Of a DNA stretch of 64,000 bases, positions 40,423 through 50,693 are shown piece after piece; positions within the stretch are counted from its first letter, which is position 1, and each line of letters opens with the position of its first letter. Under the pieces are notes generated by a model. The model was given only the letters and a program-made list of their open reading frames with translations. It was not told where the DNA came from and searched no databases. The position numbers and the translations under genes were made by a program. Where the stretch lies: positions 32,001 through 96,000 of IMG/VR virus record IMGVR_UViG_3300010283_000005. One strand, given 5' to 3'. The DNA is from a virus (Duplodnaviria; Caudoviricetes).

Positions 40423-40908
40423 ATGTCGGTGTATGAAAGCGAACGTAGGAAATCTACTAGAGATTTTATCAAATATGCTAGAGCAATGCAGCTAAAGTCA
40501 TTAAGTTATACTTCTCAATTTCCTGAGAAGTATACTGATATGGCTAAATACATAAACAATCTAGCATTTGAAGTGCATGATCAAGCTAAGAGAGCAGAAG
40601 ATTATCCTGATAATTTTGTACAAGATTTAGTACAAATTAGAATCTACCTACTGAGTTCGCGAGCTGCTCTCACTAGTCTGATATCTCAAGTTGATTTAGC
40701 TTATGAATTATTTCCACTTAGTGGATATTCATATACTAATAGGAGGAATAACGATGAAGAATCTGATCAGAAGATCGAAGTCGCTAGTCTTAAGGATTTA
40801 AATAAAAGTACTAGAATTCTTAGAGACTGGTCAGCTTCTCTATTTGATGCATTAACTGCATTAGATGAAGCTATCAAGCATATAGATGGCAGGATATCCT
40901 GCCCTTGA
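40423..40908 (+). CDS. avd: DGR accessory variability determinant (Avd, four-helix bundle)
   Basis: MSVYESERRKS...FPEKY...A N-terminus typical of Avd; lies between VR and TR. Confidence 0.75.
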   Translation: MSVYESERRKSTRDFIKYARAMQLKSLSYTSQFPEKYTDMAKYINNLAFEVHDQAKRAEDYPDNFVQDLVQIRIYLLSSRAALTSLISQVDLAYELFPLSGYSYTNRRNNDEESDQKIEVASLKDLNKSTRILRDWSASLFDALTALDEAIKHIDGRISCP

Positions 40909-40936
40909 ATATGTAGGTTGCATTCTGTATTACCCA

Positions 40937-41043
40937 TTGCGTGGTCCTAATGTTAGTAATTCGAACAATTTCTGTAATGTGAATACAGATGGTAATCCGA
41001 ACAACAACAACTGGGCTAACAACTCTAATGGTGTCTCCCCTAG
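40937..41043 (+). ncRNA. DGR1 template repeat (TR1)
   Basis: 14 AAY codons in the VR frame; invariant non-A bases. Confidence 0.97.
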
Positions 41044-41274
41044 ATCCTGCAATTCAGCAGATTTAAATCCTAGCTAGGCATGCTATTATCTGCCTTATTA
41101 CAGAAGGAGAATGCAACCTTCCACTTAAAGTGGTAAATAAGTACCTTAGATATGATTAGGAGGACGCTTCTTGCATGGTTAGCTGCTTAAGCATTTCAGC
41201 TAATTTCATTCCTAGTATCATTTAGCAGTAAGTCAGAATGCTTAGTATCAAGTACTGTACGAGGTAACCCTAGA

Positions 41275-42441
41275 ATGAATAGTGTAGAACGACATGAAGC
41301 TCGTTATCAACGTAGACGAGCTAGAAGACTTAAACGCAAGTCTGAGTATGATTCAGGTTGCGTGACTACTGAAGATGTATTTACTTATGATAATTTATAT
41401 GCTTCGTACAAGAAGTGCTTGAGAGGAGTGAATTGGAAATATAGCGTGCAATCCTATCAGGCTGATGCTCCTATCCTAGTATATCAATCATACCGTGAAA
41501 TAGCTGAAGATAGACTAGTAGTCAGACCTGGAAGTAGATTCATTCTATATGAGCGTGGTAAATTAAGGAAGATTCGAGGAGTCAATATCAAGGAGCGAGT
41601 TATTCAGAAATGTTTAAGTGATCACTGCTTGAAACGAGTACTAGGCAGATCATTGATCTATGATAATCATGCTAGTAGAGCAGGTAAGGGTACTCGTAAG
41701 GCTAGAGAACGACTACAATGTCATCTTGAACGTCAGATCAGAAGGCATGGTCCTAATAGCTATGCTCTAGTATTCGACTTTTCAGGATTCTTCGATAGTT
41801 TCGATCACAATCTAGTACGTCAGTATCTTATGAATACTGTAGGTGATCCTAGAATTGTGGACCTAACTATGAAATTTGTTAACTCATCAGATATAGGTAG
41901 AGGACTCGAGTTAGGTAGTGAAGTCAATCAGGATTTAGCTATCAGTGTATCTAGTATTATTGATCACTTTGTGAAAGAAGTACTGCAGATACATAATTAT
42001 GGTCGATATATGGATGATGGATACATGCTTCACGAAAGTAAAGAGTATCTAGAGCAGTGTTTAGTAAGATTCAAAGAATTCGTAGAATCACTAGGATTCA
42101 AGCTAAATACTAAGAAGACTAGGATAATCTCTTTGACCAAGGATGGATTCCAATTCTTAAAGACTAAGTATCGAGTCACTCAGACTGGTAAGATTATAAA
42201 GAGATGCGTTCATTCTAGCGTAGTTAGAATGAGACTTAAGCTCAAGAAACTAAGGATCAAACTTACTGAGGGTAAATTGAAATTCCTTAGTATCTACTCA
42301 GCATTTCAGTCCTGGAAATCTAGTATATCACACTGCAACTGCTACGTCACAGTGAAATCAATGACTAAATTATTCCTCAGGCTTTATCATAATGAATGCA
42401 CTGAAGCAGGATTTATCAATAAATTAAGGAGGTGCTTATAA
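41275..42441 (+). CDS. DGR reverse transcriptase 1
   Basis: ERGKLRKI, GKGT, FDFSGFFDS, GLELGSEVNQ, YGRYMDD, FLK. Confidence 0.95.
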   Translation: MNSVERHEARYQRRRARRLKRKSEYDSGCVTTEDVFTYDNLYASYKKCLRGVNWKYSVQSYQADAPILVYQSYREIAEDRLVVRPGSRFILYERGKLRKIRGVNIKERVIQKCLSDHCLKRVLGRSLIYDNHASRAGKGTRKARERLQCHLERQIRRHGPNSYALVFDFSGFFDSFDHNLVRQYLMNTVGDPRIVDLTMKFVNSSDIGRGLELGSEVNQDLAISVSSIIDHFVKEVLQIHNYGRYMDDGYMLHESKEYLEQCLVRFKEFVESLGFKLNTKKTRIISLTKDGFQFLKTKYRVTQTGKIIKRCVHSSVVRMRLKLKKLRIKLTEGKLKFLSIYSAFQSWKSSISHCNCYVTVKSMTKLFLRLYHNECTEAGFINKLRRCL

Positions 42442-43181
42442 TGTACTATAAAGTAGTAAGCGATGATAAGATTATCGATGTCCTAGAATCAGCTAGCTTC
42501 GTCAGATATCAGAGCAAGAATGATCTAATGCTAGTATGCGATAAGGATTCTGCAGAAGGAGTACTATCTTCAGATGGTAATTCGATTTATCGTATCGTAG
42601 AAGAGTGCTCAACTAAGCTTCAAGAATATGATCTAGTAGAATTGTATGAGATCGATCAGAAGGAATTCGATATCTTAGCTGATCTGATTAAATCCAATGA
42701 TACTCCTGTAGATGATCCTTCTGAGGATTCTCAGGACATTGAAGCTCTAACCCTAGATTATGCTAAGACTAAAGCTATCTCGAAGTTGAATACTATTTGT
42801 CATGAGAAGATTGTTGAGGGATTCACTATGAGTCTCGATAATGGAGAGAAATATCATTTTGATATGGCTATTGAAGATCAGCTCAATATCAACTCACTAG
42901 CTGCATTCGTGGCTAAGGGTATGACTATCATTCCATACAATCTGCCTAATGATTGCGTATTCCTGAGCGTGGATGAAGTCAATCGACTGATTGTTGCAGC
43001 ATCTGCTCATAAGATCAGTCAGCTATCCTACTATAAATCTCTCAAGAGATATATCATGAGTATGACTAGTCTTACTAAGGTAGGTAAGGTAGAATATGGC
43101 ATGGAAATTCCTGAGAAGTATTGGTCTTCAGTATATAAGGAGATTCAGGATGGCAATTTCGATTTAAGTAGCCTGATGTAA
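42432..43181 (+). CDS. DUF4376-like putative tail-fibre assembly protein (likely start 42441)
   Basis: HFDMAIEDQLNI, YYKSLKRYI, VEYG; paralog at 55544. Confidence 0.6.
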   Translation: MLIMYYKVVSDDKIIDVLESASFVRYQSKNDLMLVCDKDSAEGVLSSDGNSIYRIVEECSTKLQEYDLVELYEIDQKEFDILADLIKSNDTPVDDPSEDSQDIEALTLDYAKTKAISKLNTICHEKIVEGFTMSLDNGEKYHFDMAIEDQLNINSLAAFVAKGMTIIPYNLPNDCVFLSVDEVNRLIVAASAHKISQLSYYKSLKRYIMSMTSLTKVGKVEYGMEIPEKYWSSVYKEIQDGNFDLSSLM

Positions 43182-43230
43182 TCAAAGGATGGATTATCAG
43201 CTTATATAGCTATTTCAATCCTAATATTAG

Positions 43231-43244
43231 GCTTACCCGTTAGA
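43231..43244 (+). promoter_or_regulatory. GCTTACCCGTTAGA motif (putative late promoter)
   Basis: Exact copy of the 8393 motif. Confidence 0.6.
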
Positions 43245-43272
43245 AACGGTTGGCATGCAAATCAAATGAAAG

Positions 43273-45030
43273 GTGGTTAAATATATGGCTAAACAAACGA
43301 TTGATCTCGAGAATGATAAACTTGGGACCATATTCCAGAAAACTAATGAAAACTTCGATGAGCTGTATCAGAAATCAGCAGATCAGGATACTGAGATCGG
43401 CAATCGAGCTACTAAGAAGGAGTTAGCTGATGTCAAGACTAGAGTTGATAACATTGCTAGCTTACCTGAAGGTAGTACTACTGCTGATGCTGAGCTAATC
43501 GATATCAGAGTAGGAGCTGACGGTAAGAAGTATGATTCTGCTGGTGAAGCTGTAAGGCAGCAGATCAGCTCCAATCTAGGAGAACTGCTAGGATTATCTG
43601 CTAATATTAATAGCATGCTAGAACTAATGCAGCTAGGAGCAACTAATCGGGTACTTGATCTAGATAGAATAGAGCTAGGAACTATAAACTTAGGACAGAA
43701 TGCTGATGATCCTACTAATTATAAAATTAGGACTAAAGATTTCCTTATATGTTCAGTTCCGTATGTAGTGACTGCTGATCAAGGCGTTATAGTAACTATC
43801 CATGAATACGACTTGTCGAAAAATTGGATTAGAGAAGTAGGTCAGATTAATTATCAAGGCTTATCATCTTATCAATTAGCTACTAATAAACTATATAGGC
43901 TAGTAATTTATTATTATCCTGGTAAAATACTGGATCAGGATCTTATATCTAGTTTAGCAGCAGCTGTACATCTAAGTTTTCAATTAGATGCTAATCTGAC
44001 ATTATTATCAGATCAGATGGCTAATCTTACTAAATTAGCTAATTCTACAGCAAGGAAGCACTATATCCCAGTGACTCCTACTGATATATTAGATAATCCT
44101 GGATTTATGAATTATAACAATGGGCAGATATCTACCAGCTCAGGATTTTATTATACTTCAATAGAGGTACACCCAGGAGAATCCTACAAATTATCAGGAT
44201 ACTCTTGGCTAGCAATGATGCCAGTAGTAATCCTAGATAATAATAATCAAGTAGTAAGTTATTATCCTGAACAAGAAACTAAAAGTATTACCTATCAGAA
44301 TATAGAATTTACTATACCTGAGAATGGTGCTAGATTATATCTGAATATGAGATGGGAATCATCTAATGCTAGACAGTACTACGTATCACTATATAAATTT
44401 GATAAGTATATTGCTAATCATGATGAGACTCACAAGATCTCAGTGATAGGAGATAGCCTTAGTGCAGGATTTACTATCGCAGCAGATAGGTACTTGAATT
44501 ATCTAGAAGCCTCAGATAATTATATAATAGAGAATTTCTCTAGAAATGGACATGGTTATCTAAGATCAGATGATCAATTGTATGCATTCTGGCAGCAAGC
44601 TTCTACTATTTCTGACGATACTGAGATAGCTCTAGTATTTGGCTCATTCAATGATATGCCTAAATTTGATCTTTTAGGTAATATTACTGATACTAATACT
44701 AATACTATATGCGGATGCATCAATACTACTATAGATAATATACGCAGTAAATCAGATTCTATCAAAATCGGGATAGTAACTCCTACTCCATGGAGGGATT
44801 ATCATCCTGGAGTGGAGTCCAGTGATGCGTATGTATCTGCTATTCTAGATATATGCGCTAGCAGAGGGGTAGCAGTACTAGATCTCTATCATAAGAGTCA
44901 ACTTCGACCTTATGATCCCGACTTTAACCAGAAATACTTCAATAATGCTGATGGCACTCACCCTACTTCTATAGGTCACCAGTTGTTCATTTATCCTGAA
45001 ATTAGAGATTTTGTAAGAAGTCTCAGATGA
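43273..45030 (+). CDS. tail spike/fibre with a C-terminal SGNH/GDSL esterase (likely start 43285)
   Basis: IGDSLS, G, GSFND and DGTHP blocks; N-terminal [19 protein letters not shown]. Confidence 0.8.
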   Translation: MVKYMAKQTIDLENDKLGTIFQKTNENFDELYQKSADQDTEIGNRATKKELADVKTRVDNIASLPEGSTTADAELIDIRVGADGKKYDSAGEAVRQQISSNLGELLGLSANINSMLELMQLGATNRVLDLDRIELGTINLGQNADDPTNYKIRTKDFLICSVPYVVTADQGVIVTIHEYDLSKNWIREVGQINYQGLSSYQLATNKLYRLVIYYYPGKILDQDLISSLAAAVHLSFQLDANLTLLSDQMANLTKLANSTARKHYIPVTPTDILDNPGFMNYNNGQISTSSGFYYTSIEVHPGESYKLSGYSWLAMMPVVILDNNNQVVSYYPEQETKSITYQNIEFTIPENGARLYLNMRWESSNARQYYVSLYKFDKYIANHDETHKISVIGDSLSAGFTIAADRYLNYLEASDNYIIENFSRNGHGYLRSDDQLYAFWQQASTISDDTEIALVFGSFNDMPKFDLLGNITDTNTNTICGCINTTIDNIRSKSDSIKIGIVTPTPWRDYHPGVESSDAYVSAILDICASRGVAVLDLYHKSQLRPYDPDFNQKYFNNADGTHPTSIGHQLFIYPEIRDFVRSLR

Positions 45031-45488
45031 TTGGAGGTGAGACTATGCTAGACAATTATCAAATTGATAAGCTAGATAGATCTAAGGATTGGAAAGAAAT
45101 CTTTGATCAGATCGATTCTAACTTCTCTAAGGTAGCGGACTACTTTGCTACCTTAGGCAATAGAGTCATGATCGAATCATTCTCTGCTAAAGCTAATCAG
45201 TCAGAATTTGAGTTATCTGAAAGCTACAATACTCTCAGAAACTGCTTAGCAGTCTATAAGAATGGTGTAAGACAGTGGCTCAATGATTCTTATTATGAAT
45301 CAAGTTCTAAGTCTTTCACTATGGCAGTACCTTGTAAGGAAGGAGATAAGATCGTAGCAGTATATAATAAGTACTATGTAGTACAAGATACTGCTCCGCT
45401 TGATGCTATGATCCTAGTATCACCTAATGGATCCAAATTCAAGGTGACTGTCGATGATGAGGGTAATCTACAATCTACTAGAGTTTAA
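45027..45488 (+). CDS. tail/baseplate accessory protein
   Basis: AVYKNGVRQ...EGDKI beta-sandwich motif; [20 protein letters not shown]-terminal motif. Confidence 0.6.
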   Translation: MIGGETMLDNYQIDKLDRSKDWKEIFDQIDSNFSKVADYFATLGNRVMIESFSAKANQSEFELSESYNTLRNCLAVYKNGVRQWLNDSYYESSSKSFTMAVPCKEGDKIVAVYNKYYVVQDTAPLDAMILVSPNGSKFKVTVDDEGNLQSTRV

Positions 45489-45546
45489 TTCTCTCATGAA
45501 AAGGTTGCTAATACCCTAATAATCACTAAATGAAACTGGTCATCAG

Positions 45547-45560
45547 GCTTACCCGTTAGA
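45547..45560 (+). promoter_or_regulatory. GCTTACCCGTTAGA motif overlapping one arm of a 14-bp inverted repeat
   Basis: Exact copy; CATCAGGCTTACCC (45541-45554) pairs with GGGTAAGCCTGATG (45575-45588). Confidence 0.6.
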
Positions 45561-45625
45561 GGGTTTCCTTGTAAGGGTAAGCCTGATGTCTTATCATATC
45601 TAATCAGAGAAAGGAGGTAATCGAC

Positions 45626-46141
45626 GTGGCAGTAACCTTGCTGAAAGGACACGTAAGTAGAGCTCTTGACTTCTATAATAAATCTGATATTTATTTAGGA
45701 TTAGGTAAAACTACTCCTTGGGAGGAGGGTGAGAGTAATCCTCCTACTCCATTGAATACAGATAGTCTAGTAGAGATTGCTGGATATAAGAAAGTCGAGT
45801 CCAAGTTCTTAGTTATTCCTGACGATACTGGTACTGGAGAGCTATCCTATCAGAATCGTAGATGGAAGATTGTACCTTATGATCAGGCACTTGAGAAAGG
45901 TGCTCGATGGGTATATATCTCTACTTACATCGCATACAATGAATTCCCGACTGATCTAGTATATAGGCAGATTGGAGTATTCACTGGACTGAAAGTCAAA
46001 TCCAATGTGACTTCTAGTTCATTCGCTTTGACTCCTGATCAGGTCGAGAGTCAGGGTATCCCTGAAGCACTTGATAATCGTACTCCGATCTATCGAGAAG
46101 CAGACCAGCGAGAACGTCTCACAATGATCATCGAATTTTAG
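45626..46141 (+). CDS. baseplate protein (gp8-like)
   Basis: YLGLGKTTPW, ARWVYI, YRQIG, NRTPIYR..DQRE...IIEF. Confidence 0.7.
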   Translation: MAVTLLKGHVSRALDFYNKSDIYLGLGKTTPWEEGESNPPTPLNTDSLVEIAGYKKVESKFLVIPDDTGTGELSYQNRRWKIVPYDQALEKGARWVYISTYIAYNEFPTDLVYRQIGVFTGLKVKSNVTSSSFALTPDQVESQGIPEALDNRTPIYREADQRERLTMIIEF

Positions 46142-46152
46142 GGGGGGGGGGG
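46141..46152 (+). repeat. G12 homopolymer at the RBS position of the endonuclease gene
   Basis: 12 consecutive G ending 7 nt before ATG 46160. Confidence 0.85.
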
Positions 46153-46159
46153 AATCCAA

Positions 46160-46960
46160 ATGTATGGATATACTTATAAGACTACGAATCTTATCAATGG
46201 TAAAATTTACATTGGTAAGCAAAAGTCAGAAGAATTCGATCCCACTTACAAGGGATCAGGTACTCACTTATGGAACTCAATACGTAAGTATGGTTGGGAT
46301 AACTTCCTAGTAGAAATGCTTAGTCCCTGCTTCTCAGAGGATGAGTTAAATGCTGAGGAAGAACTCCTGATAGATCTATTCAACTCGAGAGATCGATCAA
46401 TCGGCTACAATATAGCTAAGGGCGGAGCAGGTGGCTCAGGTCCTTGTTCTGATGAAACTAAGGCTAAGATAAGTAAGTCACTTCGTGAGGGAGGTAAACT
46501 TGCTGGTTCTAATAATCCAATGTATGGAGTATCTAGAACTGGACAGGATTCTCCTCATTATGGATGCAAGCATTCTCAAGAAACTCGTGAGTTATTGAGT
46601 AAACTAGCTACAGGACGACCTAGTCCTATGAAAGGCAAGCATCTTAGTGAAGCTGCTAGAGCTAATATCAAAGCTGCAAGGCAGTACACTTCTGATGAAT
46701 CTCGTAAGAAAATGAGTGATGCTAAGCGTGGTCATAGCAACTGGACTGATGCTGGACGTCAGCAGATGAGCCAACGACTAATTGGCAATACTTATGCTTC
46801 AGCTTGCAAGGGTCAGAAACGATCTGATGAAGCTAAGGCTAGGTACTCAGCAGTAGCTAAGAATCGACGCTGGATTCATAAGGATGGAGTAATCAAAGCA
46901 GTTCAATTAGAAGAACTTGATGCTTACCTAGCCGATGGATGGAAGAGAGGTAGAAAATGA
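46160..46960 (+). CDS. free-standing GIY-YIG homing endonuclease with NUMOD3 repeats (Seg-like)
   Basis: YTYKTTNLINGKIYIG, YKGSG, GYNI, HS.ETR/K repeats. Confidence 0.9.
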   Translation: MYGYTYKTTNLINGKIYIGKQKSEEFDPTYKGSGTHLWNSIRKYGWDNFLVEMLSPCFSEDELNAEEELLIDLFNSRDRSIGYNIAKGGAGGSGPCSDETKAKISKSLREGGKLAGSNNPMYGVSRTGQDSPHYGCKHSQETRELLSKLATGRPSPMKGKHLSEAARANIKAARQYTSDESRKKMSDAKRGHSNWTDAGRQQMSQRLIGNTYASACKGQKRSDEAKARYSAVAKNRRWIHKDGVIKAVQLEELDAYLADGWKRGRK

Positions 46961-47121
46961 TCAGGTATCATCCCATTTAACTATATAAGATATGAGGTAA
47001 ACATTATGCCATCAAGCATAATCATCCGACTCATTGCTGAATATATGAATCTCATACTTCAGCTAATGGTAATAATCAACTTCAAATAACAACTTCGTAA
47101 ATTAAGGAAGGAGGATAAATA

Positions 47122-50100
47122 ATGCCTAAGACTTATCCTGGAGCTCCTTATTACGATGATTATGATCCTACTAAGGAATATGTACAGCAATTAGCATTAC
47201 CTGGTAAAGCTGAGCAGGCTAGAGAGTTCACTCAGATTCAGAGTATGCAGCTGGACTTCTTAGGAAGATTAGGTGATTCCATTTATACTAGTGGTACTAT
47301 TATTGATGGATGTACCTTAATCATCAGTGATAAGAAAGCCGTAATTTCATCAGGACGTATCTATCTTGACGGATTAGTGCGAATCGTTGATGGAGCTACT
47401 CTGACAATCAATGGAGTAGGTTCTGAGATCATTGGTGCTAAAGTCGTTACTTCAATTGTCACTGAGACTGAGGATGATTCACTACGTGATCCTGCTCAGG
47501 GATATGAAAACTATGGTCAGGAAGGTGCTCATCGTCTTAAGGAGCATGTAGTCTTCACTGTCAATGATGCAGAAGCAGCAGCAGTCTATCGATTAGAAGA
47601 AGGCGAGCTAGTAGCTGATTCTACTACTGGTGAAGGCAATATGCTGACAGATACCTTAGCTCGTAGAACTTATGAGGAAAATGGTAACTACAAGATTCGA
47701 GGTCTCGAACTTCGTGATCGTAATGAAACTCGTGATGGTCAGATCCTACTGTCAATGACTGAGGGTAAAGCTTACATCATGGGTTATGAAGTACCTAAGG
47801 AGACTGCTACTACAGTCCGACTCAATTATAGCCAGACTGTACGTGAGGTTCTAAGTGAGCCTAAGACTTATCAGAGTGCTCAGACTAAGTATAAGCTGAG
47901 CAATCAGCCAGTCAAGGAATTCACTAATGTCACTGCTATTGTTCAGGTAACTGATAATATCACTAGAGGTAACATTCAGGGTGGTATTGATTATCTGCTC
48001 AATACTCCAGTCGATTCTATTGTGAGCATCAGTGGATATGAACAGGGTACTGATTATCAGTTGACTAATGATGGTGTCGACTGGTCTCTACCTGGTAAAG
48101 AACCTGCTACTGGTACTACTTATGCTGTTACCTACACATATAGTAGATCCATGAAACTCGGAGAAGATATCCAGATGACCGAGGAGAATGGAGAGAATTA
48201 TCTTGAGTTCTTGCCTGATGGTAAGAAGCCTAATCAGGGTACTCGATTCTACATTAGCTACACTTTCTACTTAGCTAGAAAGGACTTGGTATGCCTATCT
48301 AAGAATGGTGAAATCGTAATTCTCGAAGGTAAGCCTAACGTAGCTCGATTAACTGAATCAGAGATCAATCAGGATGATAATAATCTAGCAATCGGTAGTG
48401 TACTTATCATGCCTAACTCCAGCAATGTAGAGATTATCAACTTTGATACAGTCAGATTATCTCAGTCTGACCTCTACAATGTGCGTAAGCGAGTAGATGA
48501 CCTTGAGTACAATCAGGCTATGACTGATCTTGATACTGAAGCTGAGGAAGGTGAGGATGCTACTGAGCTAAAGGGCATCTTGACTGATGGATTCTTAGGT
48601 CTGAGTAAATGCGATACAACTCATCCTGAGTTCGATTGCACTATTGACCTTGATAATAATGAGCTAACTCTACCTTTGATCACTTCAGTCAATGCAGTTA
48701 AGCCTAACCTAGATACTAAAGAGACTAATGTCTCAGTTCTAGGTGATGTCATTATGGCTCCTTATAAGGAAGTCATTGCTAAACAGCAGATTTATGCGAC
48801 CACTTCGATGCTAGTCAATCCTTATGCTGTCTATAATCCAATGAGCATCGTGAGATTATCACCTTCAGTTGATAACTGGATCGATACTAGTAAGATCGTA
48901 GTCAATAAGAAACAGACAGTTACTACTACACTTCGTAGATGGTGGTATCATCGTGGTGAGTCCTGGGCAGAATCTGAGAAGGCTAAGTGGCAGCAGCTAG
49001 GATTTGCTGATGGTGGTCAGTCGCTACAGTGGGCTAATGGTACTGCAACTTCTACTACCGTCACCTCTGCAGTCGTCCTTGATGAAGCTATCATGTACAT
49101 GAGACAGATTAAGGTCACTGTCACTGGTAGAAACTTCATTCCTAATGTGGATAATATCAAGTGTACTTTCAATGATACAGTAGTTCCGCTGACTCCTACT
49201 GATGCTAGCCTCAAGGGTACTCAGACTGGTACTGTCAAGGCTAATGCTAAGGGTCAGGTTTCTGCTACATTCACCGTTCCGCCTAACGTACCTTGTGGTA
49301 GTGTTGAGGTTAAGCTATCTTATGCTAATGGTGAAGGTTCTGCAATATATCAGGCTCAAGGTAGAAAGCAGATCATCCAGGATACAGTCCTGACAACTAC
49401 TACAGTTGCTAAGACTACTGACCCTCTAGCTCAGTCATTCTCCTTCGAGGATGATACAGTTCTGACTAAGGTTGGTCTGTACTTCGCTTCCAAGGATCCT
49501 AATAAATCGATTATCGTTCAGATTCGTAGTGTTGATAATGGTTATCCTGGTACTACTCTGTATACTTCTAAGGAGTTACGAGCTGAGGATGTCAAGGTAT
49601 CTGGTAATTCTAGTGCAGTTACTGAAGTCTCTTTCGATGATCCTGTCTACTGCAAGGCAGATACTCAGTACGCTATCTGCATCCTATCTGACTCTAATCT
49701 GTACTCTATGTTCATTGCTGAGTTAGGCAAGATGGATGTACTAAGAGGTAACCTAGTTACTAGTCAGCCTTACACTAATGGTGTGCTATTCTCCTCAAGT
49801 AACAACTTGACTTGGACTGCTCATCAGACCATGGACCTCAAGTTCGACTTGTATAAGGCTCAGTACACTGGTAAAGGTACCATCATCTTCAATGATGTAT
49901 CTGATATCCAGATCAATAGACTGCTACTTGCAGCTCAAGCTATTGACTACAAGAATGCAGGTATCGAATGGTTCTATAAGATCGGTACTAATGGTTCTTG
50001 GCTACCGATTGAGACCTACGTAGATCGAGATATTTCTTCAGTATCAGCTATTAATCGAGTCTCCTTGAAGGCAGTACTTAATGTAGCTTACTCAACTTCT

Positions 50101-50457
50101 CCGATCATCGCTAAGGATTGCATCAACTTAATCGGATTCCTCGAAAAGAGTAAAGGTACTTACATCTCTCGTCAGGTGACTATGAGTGATGCATTCACTC
50201 GAGCTAGAATCATCATGGACATCGCTAAGCCGTCAGGTACTGCAGTTGATGTCTACATTATGACTGATGCTGGCACTAGCTGGCGTAAGGTGACTGATAC
50301 TCCTACTGTGACTCCGGTCGATGAGGAATTTAGTACTTACGAGTGGACAATCAGTGGTCTCAATTCTAAGAACTACAGAGTTAAGATCGCAATGGAGACT
50401 TCTAATCCGTTGATCAAGCCTAGAATCCGTAAGTTACGTAACATCCTGAAGTATTAA
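47122..50457 (+). CDS. large virion structural protein (DUF4815-like)
   Basis: PYYDDYD, QAREFTQIQ, LARRTYEENGNY, DPLAQSF, DLKF. Confidence 0.8.
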   Translation: MPKTYPGAPYYDDYDPTKEYVQQLALPGKAEQAREFTQIQSMQLDFLGRLGDSIYTSGTIIDGCTLIISDKKAVISSGRIYLDGLVRIVDGATLTINGVGSEIIGAKVVTSIVTETEDDSLRDPAQGYENYGQEGAHRLKEHVVFTVNDAEAAAVYRLEEGELVADSTTGEGNMLTDTLARRTYEENGNYKIRGLELRDRNETRDGQILLSMTEGKAYIMGYEVPKETATTVRLNYSQTVREVLSEPKTYQSAQTKYKLSNQPVKEFTNVTAIVQVTDNITRGNIQGGIDYLLNTPVDSIVSISGYEQGTDYQLTNDGVDWSLPGKEPATGTTYAVTYTYSRSMKLGEDIQMTEENGENYLEFLPDGKKPNQGTRFYISYTFYLARKDLVCLSKNGEIVILEGKPNVARLTESEINQDDNNLAIGSVLIMPNSSNVEIINFDTVRLSQSDLYNVRKRVDDLEYNQAMTDLDTEAEEGEDATELKGILTDGFLGLSKCDTTHPEFDCTIDLDNNELTLPLITSVNAVKPNLDTKETNVSVLGDVIMAPYKEVIAKQQIYATTSMLVNPYAVYNPMSIVRLSPSVDNWIDTSKIVVNKKQTVTTTLRRWWYHRGESWAESEKAKWQQLGFADGGQSLQWANGTATSTTVTSAVVLDEAIMYMRQIKVTVTGRNFIPNVDNIKCTFNDTVVPLTPTDASLKGTQTGTVKANAKGQVSATFTVPPNVPCGSVEVKLSYANGEGSAIYQAQGRKQIIQDTVLTTTTVAKTTDPLAQSFSFEDDTVLTKVGLYFASKDPNKSIIVQIRSVDNGYPGTTLYTSKELRAEDVKVSGNSSAVTEVSFDDPVYCKADTQYAICILSDSNLYSMFIAELGKMDVLRGNLVTSQPYTNGVLFSSSNNLTWTAHQTMDLKFDLYKAQYTGKGTIIFNDVSDIQINRLLLAAQAIDYKNAGIEWFYKIGTNGSWLPIETYVDRDISSVSAINRVSLKAVLNVAYSTSPIIAKDCINLIGFLEKSKGTYISRQVTMSDAFTRARIIMDIAKPSGTAVDVYIMTDAGTSWRKVTDTPTVTPVDEEFSTYEWTISGLNSKNYRVKIAMETSNPLIKPRIRKLRNILKY

Positions 50458-50466
50458 GAATTCTAT

Positions 50467-50494
50467 GAGGACTAGGTGAGATACCCTAGTCCTC
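50467..50494 (+). terminator. hairpin/possible terminator
   Basis: GAGGACTAGG / CCTAGTCCTC 10-bp stem. Confidence 0.5.
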
Positions 50495-50519
50495 TATTTG
50501 AAGAAGGAGGTAGTGCTGT

Positions 50520-50690
50520 ATGGCATATCGTAAGATTGATCCTGAAACAGGATTCATCGAGTACATTCGCACTCCTGAGGAGAATTCTATTATTCAGATG
50601 CGTCAGGAGAATGCAGAAATGAAAGCAGAGATTGAGAACTTGAAGAAGCAGTTATCTCAATCTAGTAATAATAATAAGAAGGAGGGATAA
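50520..50690 (+). CDS. small coiled-coil protein (56 aa, not in the ORF track)
   Basis: AAGGAGG RBS; MAYRKIDPETGFIEYIRTPEENSIIQMRQENAEMKAEIENLKKQLSQSSNNNKKEG. Confidence 0.7.
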   Translation: MAYRKIDPETGFIEYIRTPEENSIIQMRQENAEMKAEIENLKKQLSQSSNNNKKEG

Positions 50691-50693
50691 CCT

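Larger units (their letters stand above)
40278..42441 (+). mobile_element. diversity-generating retroelement DGR1 (VR-avd-TR-RT)
   Basis: All canonical components present in canonical order. Confidence 0.95.

Noticed and set aside
40886-41077. 63-aa Asn-rich ORF
   Set aside because: It is TR1 read in the VR frame; a stop-free AAY-rich frame is an expected by-product of a template repeat
46142-47121. Group I intron around the GIY-YIG gene
   Set aside because: Flanking genes appear complete (IIEF stop; PYYDDY start), and the flanks are too short for a ribozyme core
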